Assembly: GCA_963514005.1 (NCBI GenBank)
Contig: OY740812.1
Span: 17,980,001 to 18,044,000 of the forward strand
DNA from: Raja brachyura
Lineage: Eukaryota
DNA: 64,000 bases
Direction of reading: 5' to 3'
Below are positions 12,291-24,407 of the stretch, one piece after another. Position numbers and translations under genes: made by a program. The notes below the pieces were generated by a model. It was not told the DNA's origin. It did no database searches and worked only from the letters and a program-made list of their open reading frames with translations. The first letter of the stretch is position 1, and every line of letters begins with the position of its first letter.

Positions 12291-14683
12291 GTTTGAATAG
12301 TAAGCAGTTGTGCATGATAGCTTTTGCAAAAATGTGTAAAAGCTATCCCCAATATGGACTGCTGTTGCGAAATACTGAAAGTACTGAATTACAGTAACAT
12401 ACAGTAAAAAAGAAACACAATTGGAAAATATCACACCTGACACATGGGTATGGATCATATGCAGGCAGAAGATATTAAGTTTTATCTGCCATCCTGTTCA
12501 GCACAAACATTGTGGGTCAAAAGCCTACTCCTGTGCTGTTTTATGTTGCCGTGTTGGATGTAGACAAATTCCGCAACTTGAGCAAGTACCGCAACCGAGC
12601 AAGTACAGCATCTGTGCCTTAATAACACAATCGTTACCAAACATATGTTATATATTGAAGGAGGTTTTTTCATGCGCTACATCTAGTGACACAGTCAAAG
12701 CTATTATCCAACCGGGGGGGGGGATTCGCTGTACTCCTGCCAGAATGGTTCCTTTGCCATTCAGCCCCTGATCATCATTGTGGGAAATCTCTCGGCAGAG
12801 TCCTGGCCAGTCTCCCCCATTTTTCAGTGACAGGTCTAGGAGCACTCTTGGCTCCAGGACTAAGCAAAATGTGTGAGATAAATTTTTGGGGGAAATTCAC
12901 AGGACTGAATGAATCAAGCAAGTCAAGTGTCAGCAAATGAAATACGTCAGAACAGCAGCCGGCTTGCAGCTGGAAGTAGGATCGATTTTCAGCAGGGAGG
13001 ATGATGTGCAGAGGTTTTTGAACATCAACAAAAAGGTAAACATTTTACAGTAACTGTGTTCAGCTGATTTTTCCATGACCATTACCTAGTTGATTTGTGA
13101 GAGTAGATTTATCACTTTACCTCTAGTGACATGATTTACCCATTGGGGGATACATGGATGACGTCATTCCCTTTGCCACTGTTCAGAGAGGACTGCAGCA
13201 AAACGTGCATCACCTATCCCAAGACTTATTATCGTTAGAATTTCATGAGGCAAACCGGTCTTTATACTGCAGGTCTGGTCTGGGTCAGACAGGGAATTAC
13301 CACTTGGTCTATCCAGTCTTGCCATCCCTGTTGGCTCTGCACCCTCACAGTCATGACCTCCGAACCTTCACCACCCCTGACCTCAATCATGATCCAAACA
13401 ACTCCATTTCCAAAGACCATCTCTCTCATGTCCTGCTCCTCCGATCCGGTGATCCACCAAACCTCAAGTCCCCATCCTCAGGACCAAGCCCACTTTAACC
13501 AAAAAAATATATATCTATATATCTGTTCCTTATGAAAATCCTTAATATCTGCTTGTATCTCAGCATTTCATAGTGTGAAATGAAATACCATGGTATAGAG
13601 ACTGAAATTCAGTGTTTCATCCCTAGATAGCTGTGGAATAAGAGGCAAGCTGCTGAACTTTAGTCTCCTGAAGATTGGAGCTGACTCGGGTTACACATTA
13701 AGGGATTGTTTACCAAATATGCAAGATTGCAATTATTCCCCAGTGCAGTTTCACCACCATTAACGACTGACAATTGTCAGAACTCCTACGAGTCTCCCCT
13801 TTATCTCCTTGTTCATCATTGATGATGACATGCCCCGCATGGCAGTAACATGAGTTGTGTTGCAGTGCCCGCATTGATTTGCAGTGTGTTCGCAGGCTGC
13901 AGAGAGTGAACCCCCATTAATTGATGGCTCTCTGCCTTTTGACGGGATTTCTTCCTCTAACGGCACCCCATTTCAGGAAGGGAAGGATGTGGAGGCGAGG
14001 GGGGGGGGGGGGGGGAGGGAGGAGACGATGAGGGGGGGAGAGAAGTGGGGAGAGGGAATGATTAGAGGAGTACAGGGAGGAATGGAGCATGAGGATGGGG
14101 GGCGCGAGGGGGATAAATGGGGTGTGCGAGAGTAAGGGGGTGCGAGGAAGGAGGGGTAAGGGGGTGTGGCAGGGGAAGGAAGAGGGGGGTGTGAGGAAGA
14201 GGGGGGTGTGAGGAGATTGGGGAGGGGGGAATTCAGGATAATTTTTCTTTAATTGATACGCTGGAATTTTGACAGTCTTTGACATCCTCTGAATTCCACC
14301 AATTTATAAATGCTAAAATTTAAAATTACAACAATGGAAAAAAAACTGAACAAATTAAGTGGGCAATAAAAAAAATCCCCAGCTAGGAAGAGTCATCAGT
14401 ATAGTCTCTGGAATGTTGGAGGCATGAGAGGCATAGAAAGGGTAGACGGTCAGAATTTTACTACCAGGGTGGAAGTGTCAAAGATTAAATGTCATAGGTT
14501 TAAAAATAAGAGGGATAAAGTTTAAAGGACAATTACAGGGCAATTGATTTCTTTGTCTTTTAGTTTTTTTTAAACACAAAGTAGTGGGTCCTGGAACGCA
14601 CTGCCACGGGTGGTAGTGGAAGCAGAAACAAGGGTTTCAGTGGGTAGAGGGTTTCAGTGAGGCATAGTTATACAAGGAAATGT

Positions 14684-14718
<35 letters not shown>
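14684..14718. repeat. G35 homopolymer inside a CR1 3' fragment
   Basis: 35 consecutive G; other long G or C runs at about 25066-25091, 33868-33890 and 51612-51632. Confidence 0.9.
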
Positions 14719-14719
<1 letters not shown>

Positions 14720-14829
14720 TATGGATCATGTACAGCCAGATGGAATTGTTTTAATGTGACGTCATGTTCAGCACAGATATCGTGGGCCAAAGGGTCTGTT
14801 CCGTGGCCTACGTTCTATTATTTGCAAAC

Positions 14830-15035
14830 CTGAGATGTTGCCAGGTTTTCAAGATGGCCGAGTCGCCGTAAGACGTTCTGCATATCTTCCTGCAGCTGAA
14901 CAAGAACCATCCCAACCTTGTCACCGAGGCTGGCTGCACCCATTTCTTCGTGTGTCCGTCTTTTGTTGTCCTCCATGCTGTGGACAAGGCCATTTCTCAG
15001 TCTCTGCGAGGACCAACCTTCAACCTGCCACAAGC
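14830..15035 (-). CDS. ACBD4: ACBD4-like coding exon 8, coiled coil (...LGDKVGMVLVQLQEDMQNVLRRLGHLENLATSQ)
   Basis: LQEDMQNVL.RL..LE motif of the ACBD4/5 coiled coil; acceptor ccaacag|, donor CAG|GTTTGC; 206 nt, phase 1 to 0. Confidence 0.9.
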
Positions 15036-15212
15036 CTGTTGGAACAAAGTTGGGATGTAACAAAACAAAGTTCGGATGTAACAAAGATAACACAAGGATA
15101 AAGTTAGGGTCTACTTAGGGTCTTGAACATTGCATAACACTAACCTCAGCAGCTATAAGCTACAAGTGTCTGCGTCTTTGGTTGAACTACACACTTCAGT
15201 TTTTCCCCTTTA

Positions 15213-16060
15213 GATTCAAGATTCAAGAGAGTTTATGGTCATGTGTCCCTGATAGGACAATGAAATTCTTGCTTTGCTTGAGCACAACAGAACATAGTAG
15301 GCATGACTACAGAACAGATCAGTGTGTCCATATACCATTATATAAATATATACACACATGAATAAATAAACTGATAAAGTGCAAATAAACAGATAATGGG
15401 CTATTAATGTTCAGAGTTTTGTCCGAGCCAAGTTTAATAGCCTGATGGCTGTGGGGAAGTAGCTATTCCTGAACTGGTCATTGCAGTCTTCTGGCTCCTG
15501 TACCTTCTACCTGAAGGTAGCGGGGAGATGAGTGTGTGGCCAGGGTAGTGTGGGTCCTTGATGATACTTCCAGACTTTTTGAGGCAGCGACTGCGATAGA
15601 TCCCCTCGATGGAAGGGAGGCCAGAGCCGATGATGGACTGGGCAGTGTTTACTACTTTTTGTAGTCTTTTCCGCTCCAGGGCGCTCAAGTTGCCAAACCA
15701 AGCCACGATGCAACCGGTCAGCATGCACTCTACTGTGCACCTGTAGAAGTTAGAGAGAGTCCTCCTTGACAAACCAACTCTCCGTAATCTTCTCAGGAAG
15801 TAGAGGAGCTGATGTGCTTTCTTAATAATTGCATCAGTGTTCTCGGACCAGGAAAGATCTTCAGAGATATGCATGGCCAGGAATTTGAAGCTCTTGACCC
15901 TTTCAAACATCGACCTGTTGATATAAACGGGACTGTGGGTCCCCATCCTACTCCACAATCAGTCCTTGATTTAGCTGGTGTTGAGGGCCAGGTTATTGTG
16001 CTGGCACCATATGGACAGTTGCTCGATCTCTCTTCCATACTCTGACTCATCCCCATCAGT
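15213..16060 (-). mobile_element. Rex1/Babar-like LINE 3' fragment
   Basis: ORF 15434..15958 has FKFL..HISEDLSW..N..AIIKKAHQ.LYFLRRLRR (DUF1891-type C-terminus); 3'UTR ends in a TCTTGAA repeat. Confidence 0.8.
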
Positions 16061-16789
16061 GATTACCCAATGTAACTGTTACTAATCAATTGTATTAGTG
16101 ATGTATATTTATCTGTGTGTTTGTGTTGGCAGGCTTTTAAGCAACAATAAATTTAGAACCTCATTGTTCCGTTACAGGTACATATGACAATTGAACACTT
16201 GACTCACGAGTGACTTCCAGTTTCTTTAAAATCACATTCTGTGTTCTTTTTAGATATTTACGCATGCTCCCTGCTGGTCATTCTGTAAAAATATTCTCAT
16301 TTATAAACTAAGTCATTTCTCCATAGCTTAATCAGGGTTTGAGTCGACAAAGACTGGGCGGAATGGCTTAAAGAGATCTGTTTCACTGAGTTACTCCAGC
16401 ATTTTGTGTCTATCTTCGCTGCATTTCTACATTTGTGTATTCACACTCCAGCGTTTCATCTTCCCAGTCATTTAAGTCATGAATCAGCCCCTTAGAGCAG
16501 CGGATACCCATATGAAACCTCACCTAAGAAACCATTGTCATTTGTAAACATCGGCAAGAGGGGCTAGAATTTTCTCCCAGAGGACTTCTGGCAGGAGATG
16601 AGATCCAGACATCAATCCAGAGGGGCCATGATCCCAAATTCCACAGCCAGGCATTGTTCCATACTGATTGTGGATACTGTAAACCGTTCATCAGTACACA
16701 CCTCACTGGAGGAGCAAGCTCCACAAAGCAATGAGAAGACTATGTATCCCTAAAAGGGTAAACGGTTTAGCCAGTTCAACCCTACTGTT

Positions 16790-17070
16790 AGACTTAGGGG
16801 ATACAGCGTTGAAACAGGCCCTTCGGCCCACCGAGTTCGACCCACCAGCGATCACTCCATATACGAGCACTGTCCTACACACTCGGGACAATTCACAGAA
16901 GCCAATTAGCCTACAAACCTGTGTGGGAGGAAAACGGGAGCACCCAGAGAAAACTCACGCAGTCAATAGGGGAATGTACAAACTCCGTACAGACAGCACC
17001 CGCTAGTCAGGATCGAACCCGGGTCTCTAGCGTTGCAAAGCAGCAGCTCAACTTCAGGGCCACTGTGCCA
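16790..17070 (-). mobile_element. tRNA-derived V-SINE/HE1-type SINE
   Basis: Reverse complement of the same family (aaacaggcccttcggcccacc...ggatcgaacccgggtctct). Confidence 0.8.
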
Positions 17071-17814
17071 TCCTGAGATGATCTCAAAACATTTGTTGAC
17101 CAGATTCCAGCAGTCCAACATGCCTGTTAAATGGGAAGTTTATAATGACAGACATAGAGGCAGGTTTCTTGCAAGTGACATCATTCCACCAGCACTTCCG
17201 ATTGCAGTAACTGCTTTCAGTTGTGCTACACTGGTAGTGCTCTTGCATCCAAGTCTAAAGTTTCTGGGTTCAAGATTCACTCCACACTGACTCAGAATTT
17301 AAGACCACATTGCAAAAATATTGAAGATCATCTGCCATGAAATAGGGTACTAAGATGAGTCTCAACCCAAAACATCACATACTCATTATCTCCAGAGATG
17401 CTGCCTGACCCGCTGAGTTACTCCAGCATTTTGTGTCTATCTGCCCTACTATAGGCCCAGTTTATTGGACTGGATGTGCATTTTGTCCAAGTCAGGTCAT
17501 GCTGTGCTGGCCTGCATAATCAAGGTCGATGCGACGCAGTGACTTTTGATAGAGGTAACCGTGTTCAAAGGACTTTCTCCAAAGAGGGTGGTTGGTATCT
17601 GGAATGAGCTGGCAGTGGGTGTAGTTCAGGAACGTACTATAATATTTAAAATGCATTTGGACAGGTACATGGATAGGAAATATTGAACAGAAATAGCAAC
17701 ATTTGCCACCAATGCATTACAATGCAGTTCCAGCGAATGGTCTTAACAACGCACAATTCTTACTTCACAATGTAGTTTGATGACAGTTGTATATTTAGAA
17801 TTGTTATTGAAATT

Positions 17815-18280
17815 AGAATGGTGGCTGGATCAGAGGGTGTTAGCTGTGGGATGGTTTTGGACAGACTTGGATTGTTTTCTCTGGAATGCCAGAGTGTGCG
17901 GGAGAACTGATAGAAGTATATAAAATGATGAGAGGCATGGATAGGATAGACAGTCAGTGTCTTCTTTCCCCCAGGATCGATAAATCAAATACTTGAGGAT
18001 ACAGCTTTAAGGTGAGAGGGGCAAAGTATAAGAGAGAGATGTGTGGAACAAGTATTTTCTTTATATTACAGTGGGTGGGTGCCTGGAATGTGCTGGCAGT
18101 GGAGGCAGATATGATAGTGGCATTTAAGAGACTTTTGGATAGACACATACTGTATATGTGCAGGGAATGGAGGGATATGGATCATGTGCAGGCAGATAAA
18201 TGTTGGTCTTGGCATCATGATGGGTATGGCCATTGTGGGCTGAAGGGCCTGTTCCTGTGCTGTACTGTTCTATGTTCTGC
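17815..18280 (+). mobile_element. Degraded CR1 3' fragment
   Basis: Similar to the other CR1 3' ends (tttaaggtgagaggggcaaag...gggcctgttcctgtgctgtac). Confidence 0.75.
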
Positions 18281-20729
18281 TGAAATGAGTTCCAAAGGCT
18301 CAGTGCTAAACCACTGCGTCCTGCTGGAACTGGAGGCCTGTTCTGGTAATCAGAAGCAGCTGCACTCTCTTCTACATCAGTAAAGCTCAGTCAAGTGTTG
18401 GATGAATGAAAACAAGGAGTTGAAGCAATTTCCACAAAACAGATTTCAACAGCAGTCATATTTAAATGCCACAATACCTCATTAAAATAAATCACACAGA
18501 TTGTTTTAATAGTCCGTAGATTAGTGGAAAATCAGATGATGCAAACTGAGAGACAAAACTCCAGTACTCGATATTTATACCATTTGAAGTGGGGAACTTT
18601 CTCCATTTTAGCTCATATAATTCTGAAATAACTGCAAGTAAAATGGGAGCTGCACTTTCCATCACCAAAACAGACAAAAACAATTTAAAATTATGACTTC
18701 TTGTTCTAGTTTCTCCCTCAGAGGAAATAGTTACGTTCAACATCTTAAATAATTCAATCAAGTCAATCGCAATTGACTCAAAAGAACTCTGGCCACGTTT
18801 ATTCAACCTAGTCTCATAACTTAACCCTTTGAGTCACGGTATCACATTTGGCATTTTCAATCATTCTTTTCCGAGGTCCATTACCCAGAACAGAATTCAG
18901 TTCTCTCCGTAACAAAGAATGCCTTCCTTTATATTTCAAGCGTCAAGAGACTCAAGTCTTTAATTCTCTTATGTACTGACACGGAACAATGACATTCTTA
19001 CTTGCTGCAGCTTAACAGGCCCATAAATGCAGTACACACAGTTAATATATAATACAATAATTCAATACCAGTGCAGAAACTGAGGTTCCTGGTGCAACCA
19101 AGGACAGTTCATGGAAATTCATAGTTGCTGAGGTTACAGGATACAAGATACATTTATTTGTCACATGTGCCAATTGGCACAGTGAAATGTAATCACCATA
19201 CAGCCATGCAGTCAAAATAAAGAACACAACAGTGAGTTGATAAAATTCAACATAAAACATCCCCACACAGCAGGATCAAAGTTTCCCACTGTGAGGGAAG
19301 GCCCCAAAGTCAGTCCTCTTCCTCTAATGTTCCCCACTGTTCCCCGTGGTCGGGGCCTCTGGAGCCTCCGCAGTCACCGTTACGGACGGCCCGATGTTCA
19401 GGCCCGCTCGCCGGGGTGATGTAAGTCCGACGTCGGGGCTGGGGGACCTCCTCAGCGGCCTGGACCTCCGAGTCGGCCACCTCCTACTATATTCCGCGGC
19501 TCCCAAAGTCCTCAGGGCGTGCCGGGCAGAGATGCAACGCTGGCGGCCCTCGGCAAAGGGCCCCAGGACTCCACTAATTTGTTCAGCGCCGCCTGCGTTG
19601 GACGTTCTCCCCAAACCGCGGCTCCACGATGTTGGGGCAGCGGCCCAATGCTCCAGGGCTCCAAACGGCGACCCAGGTAGGCCTCGCCCGCTTAGGTTTG
19701 CGTAGTATTAACAATTCGATTGCTGTTAGGAAGAAACCATTCTTGAACCTGTTGGTCACCCATTTCAAGCTCCCGTACCTTCTACCCGATGGTAGGAGTG
19801 AAATGAGACCTTGGGATCTTTGATGATTCTGGCTGTCTTTTTGGGGCAACTCCTTCAATAGAAGATCCCTTTGATGGTGACGAGGTCAGTAACTGTGACA
19901 GAACAGCCAGCCTCAAATATGATACACAAACTATTTTTAACAGGATAGAATTGAGAAGCTGACAAAATGTGAAATTCATACAGAATTTCTATTGGACACT
20001 GTAGTTGGTACACGGTACACAATATCCATGCCCAAATTTCTACTGGACTGGGCTTGTGACAGAGTACAATTCTTAAGTCAAAATTCCCAAAGTATAAAGT
20101 GTAAAAATATTGACAAGAACAAAATCAGATATGTCAAGCCAAGAAAGGACTGATCCGAATGTAACCTTTTATGTAGGAAAGAGAAGATTGCAGAGGTCTG
20201 GTGACATCTTTACAATGATTAAAACAAGTTAATAGACTGCATGTAGGCGAGACCAGAAAACAGGACCTTAGGTGTAAGACGGACAGTATTAAGTCCATGG
20301 AGAGAATTAGGAAGCAACCTCCTTATCTGGAAAATGGTTAGAATCTGGGTATTGCAAGTACAAGTGCAGAGATGAAATGAGGCAGGAAGGCAGACGAGGA
20401 AGAAGCATTGGTAGGATTTGCCAAGAGGTTGAAATGTAGAAGGGTGGGATGGGGTTTTGCGTTGACCTGTTGAGATGTATGGCCTGTCCCTGCACAGAAT
20501 TTCTATTTCAAGGACTTTGAATCCTTGCTCAAAAGCTCAGCGAACTGGTTCCTATCATCACACATATCTCGTCCAATGTTAAAAGTAGCAAAGTGACAAC
20601 TCCTGCAAGGCATTCCAGATTAGGGGTACCAATTTTTTGTTGGGGTTCTTCCTTCCTATTGTGCTTGAGTGACATTGACAATGACCTCAGGAATGATATG
20701 CCAAATTGAACATGTTCTTATCTCTCACT

Positions 20730-21212
20730 CAGGTGCAGAAGAGATTTACCGGATTACTGCTTGGGATTAGAGGTCATTAGCTGCAAGGAGAGGTTGGACA
20801 AACTGGAACATCGGAGGCTGAGGGGAGACTTGATGTAAAAGGGCAGTATGTAAAATTATAAGAGGCATGGATAGGGTAGACTGTCGGAACCTTTTTCTCC
20901 AGAATGGAAATTTCAAAGACCAGAGGCACAATTTTAAGGTGAGAGGGGCAAAGTTTAAAGAAGATGCCTGGACAGGTTTTCTTTCAATACACAGAGGGTG
21001 CTGGGTGCCTGGAAGGCACTACCAGCAGTGGTGGTGGAGGCAGCCACAATAGTGGCGTATAAGAGGATTTTAGATAGCCACATGAATATGTATGGAAATT
21101 AAGCAATATGGATCATGTGCAGGCAGGGGAAATGTGTTTAATTTGGCATTGTGTTCGCCACAAACAGCATGGGCTGTAGGGCATGTTCCCATGCTGTACT
21201 GTTTTACGTTCC
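20730..21212 (+). mobile_element. Degraded CR1 3' fragment
   Basis: caggtgcagaagagatttacc...ggaggctgaggggagact...tttaaggtgagaggggcaaag, same pattern as other CR1 ends. Confidence 0.75.
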
Positions 21213-22194
21213 TAGTCCATGTCACCAGCAAAGAATCCATCCAGTTTCCTGGAGAATAGTTCATCATACATTCTTCTGAAGACTACATCTAACCAACAAT
21301 TGCAAGTCAAAGTGATGAGACAGTATTAAAAGGTGCAAATATTTTTTCCGTATATAAGCAAAGTTGATCTTTAACCTTACTGCAGTATGAATGGAATAAG
21401 TTGCAGGAATCTTATAATTACAATGAGAAAGATTGAGATTACAATGAGAAAGATTGGTTATTCCATTGAACTGTTCTTTAAATGATACCGCATGGAGAAA
21501 GGCTCTTCAGCTCACCGAGTCCATGATGACCATCGATCACCCAATCTCTTTAGTTCAATGTCATCTCACTTTCACACCTACTACCAACACTGGGGGAAAT
21601 TTACAGAGGCTAATTAAACTACAGCCCTGTGCTTCCTTGGGGTGTGTGAGGAAACCAGAGCACCCGGAGGAACAGGAAGAACACGATACGGACAGCATCC
21701 AAGGTCATGATTAAACCCGGGTCTCTGTCACTGTGAGGCAGAAACTCCACCAGCTGTGCCATCGTTCTGTTGTAGACAAAAAATATTTAATTTTGTCACG
21801 CAGAACCTCTTAAAGATGGTAGGTATTTTTTAACAATCTGCTAGTGGAGATAGTTGATGCTGGCACTTTAACATTTAAAAGGGAATTGGACAGGTCCATG
21901 GATAGATACGGTTTAGAGGGATATGGGCCAAATGTGGGCTGTTGGGGCTCCTGTAGATGGGGCATCTTGGGTTAGTTGGGCCGAAGGACCCGTTTCCATG
22001 CTATATAACTCTATGACTCCAAGTCCATGCAAAGCATCCGACTGTTAACTGCACAATTTTTAATGTAGTTTTTTGTCCCTAATCATATTAAATAAACATG
22101 TTTATAGACTGGCTGATGAGATGAAATCCAGTATGTGTTATGACATTGTTCTGCTCATCTCCCAGGACTAGGCAATTCTCTGACATTACACAAC

Positions 22195-22675
22195 ACGGTG
22201 GCACAGCAGTGGACCTGCTGCCTTACAGTGCCAGAGATCCGGTTCAATCCTGACTACGGGTGCTGTCTGTATGGAGTTTGTACGTTCTCCCCCAGACCTG
22301 CGTGGGTTTTCTCTGAGTGCTCCCGTTTCCTACTACACTCCAAAGACATACAGGTTTGTAGGCGAAGATAGACACAAAATGCTGGAGTAACTCAGGCAGC
22401 CTCTCCGGAGATAAGGAATCGGTGACGTCACCCATTCCTTCTCTGCATAGATACTGCCAGTCTTGCGGAGTTACTCAAGCATTTTATGTCTATCTTCGGC
22501 TTAAACCATCATTTGCAGTTCCCTAGAACACAGGTTTGTGGGCTAATTGGCTTGGTAAAATTGTAATTTGTCCCTGGTGTGTGTAGGATAGCATTAGTAT
22601 GCAGGGATAGCTGGTTGGCATGGACTTTGTGGGTCGAAGGGCCTGTTTCCACGCTGTTTCTTTTAACTAAACTAC
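22195..22675 (+). mobile_element. SINE interrupted by an inverted-dimer pLTR repeat (about 22362-22528)
   Basis: acaggtttgt occurs on both sides of the insert (about 22349 and 22529); head and tail match the SINE family. Confidence 0.75.
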
Positions 22676-23627
22676 AGACAATAGACAATAAATAATAGGT
22701 GCAGGAGTAGGCCATTTTGCCCTTTGAGCCAGCACCGCCATTCAATGCGATCATGTCTGATCATCCCAATCAGTACCCCGTTCTTGCCTTCTCCCCATAT
22801 CCCCTGACTCAGTTATTTTTAAGAGCCGTATCTAGTTCTCTCTTGAAAGCATCCAGAGAACCTGCCTCCACTGCCCTCTGAGGCAGAGAATTTCACAGAC
22901 ACATCACTCTCTGTGAGAAAAAGTGTTTCCTCGTCTCCGTTCTAAATGGCTTACTCCTTATTCTTAAACTGTGGCCCCTGGTTCTGGACTCCCCCAACAT
23001 CGGGAACACGTTTCCTGCCTCATCCTTCTAAACTCAGACATTTTAGTGAAAACTGTGGACTGGTAATGTTGAATGCAACAGTTTACAACAAACTGATAGT
23101 TCTGCGACCTTTGCCATCACATCACACGCACATTACAAGGTACAAGCCTCCTGTCTCCTAATCTAAACCTGTTATGTTGGGAAACTAAAAGCGCAAGGTT
23201 GCTCTCAGAATTGAGAAATAGTTCAATGGATTGTTCTCCTCCGTAAAGATTGAGGCAAAGTTCAGATGGAAAACATATTCCTCAGATATAAACAAACACC
23301 AAAGTGTGTCTGTGAAGGCAGAAGTGATGGTATGGATTTAAAATTCCATTCTTGACATTACATCAAAAGGCAAGTCTAAGTTTGCCCTAAACCAGAGCTC
23401 AAAACTTGGGCGGAAACCTGTTATCATCTATAAAGGTCATTGTCGGAGAGTTAAATATTCACGCAAATACTCCAGCCAGTTTATTTTCACATCTACTATA
23501 GCTAGGAGTGTGAGACTTCAATAGTCATGAGTACCAGCAACAGAACAATGAGATTCTTACTTGCTGCAGCTTAAGTGGTTGTCAACACAATAACACAAAA
23601 CATAATACATAATAATTAAAAACACAA

Positions 23628-23912
23628 GGGTGACACAGCGGTAGAGTTCGACCCGGGTTCGATCCCGACTACGGGTGATATCTGAACGGGGTTTGTACGT
23701 TCTCCCCGTGACCTGCATGGGTTTTCTCCGAGATCATTGGTTTCCTCCAACACTCCAAAGATGTACAAGTTTGTAAGTTAATTGGCTTGGTATATGTGAA
23801 AATTGTCCCTAGAGTGTGTAGGACAGTGTTAATGTGCGGGGATCGCTGGTCGGCATGGACACGGTGGTCCGAAGGGCCTGTTATCGTGCTGTATCTCTAA
23901 ACTAAATTAAAC
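23628..23912 (+). mobile_element. tRNA-derived V-SINE/HE1-type SINE
   Basis: B box ggttcgatcc, central domain, (CTAAA)n-like tail. Confidence 0.8.
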
Positions 23913-24133
23913 ATTTACTTAATGACCATAATACTAGGTAACCATAATAGTGCAAACCCAAAATCCACAGGGCAACCAAAGATGATCTGAGATGTTAAGG
24001 ACCTTAGTATAAAGATGCAGCTTGGAAACAGGCCTTTTGGCCCATCGAGTCAATGCCGACCATCGCTCACACCAGATCTAGGTTATCCCACCTTCCAATC
24101 CACTCCCTAAACACTAGGGAATATTCTACATAC

Positions 24134-24407
24134 TGTTTTCCTTGGTTGGCTCTCCAGGTTCCAAGAAATGGGTTGCAAATGCTGTTTTTCCTTTCTTCCG
24201 ACTTCCCACAACAAATGCATGTTCTCCATTGCCATTGATCCATGAATGTTGGCATTGGTGTGAATCGTCAGCTGTGGGCTGGTACCCAGCTGGCAAACCG
24301 GGAGGCAATGTGACACAGTGGACCAGTGGAGGGCGTGCCTTGTCTTGTGAAGGGGAAGAATCTTGAGAACACGTGGCGATCATACTACTGCTGTGATTCT
24401 CCAACAT
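24134..24407 (-). CDS. ACBD4: ACBD4-like coding exon 7, linker (MLENHSSSMIATCSQDSSP...EPGEPTKEN)
   Basis: Strong polypyrimidine acceptor ttctgtttccttgtgttttccag|, donor A|GTATGT; 274 nt open frame, phase 0 to 1, bridging exon 6 (phase 0) to exon 8 (phase 1). No recognisable motif. Confidence 0.72.

Noticed and set aside
12937-13035. Plus-strand ATG-initiated frame ending AAG|GTAAAC, a possible nested gene exon
   Set aside because: The 33-codon peptide has no recognisable similarity and no partner exons were found.
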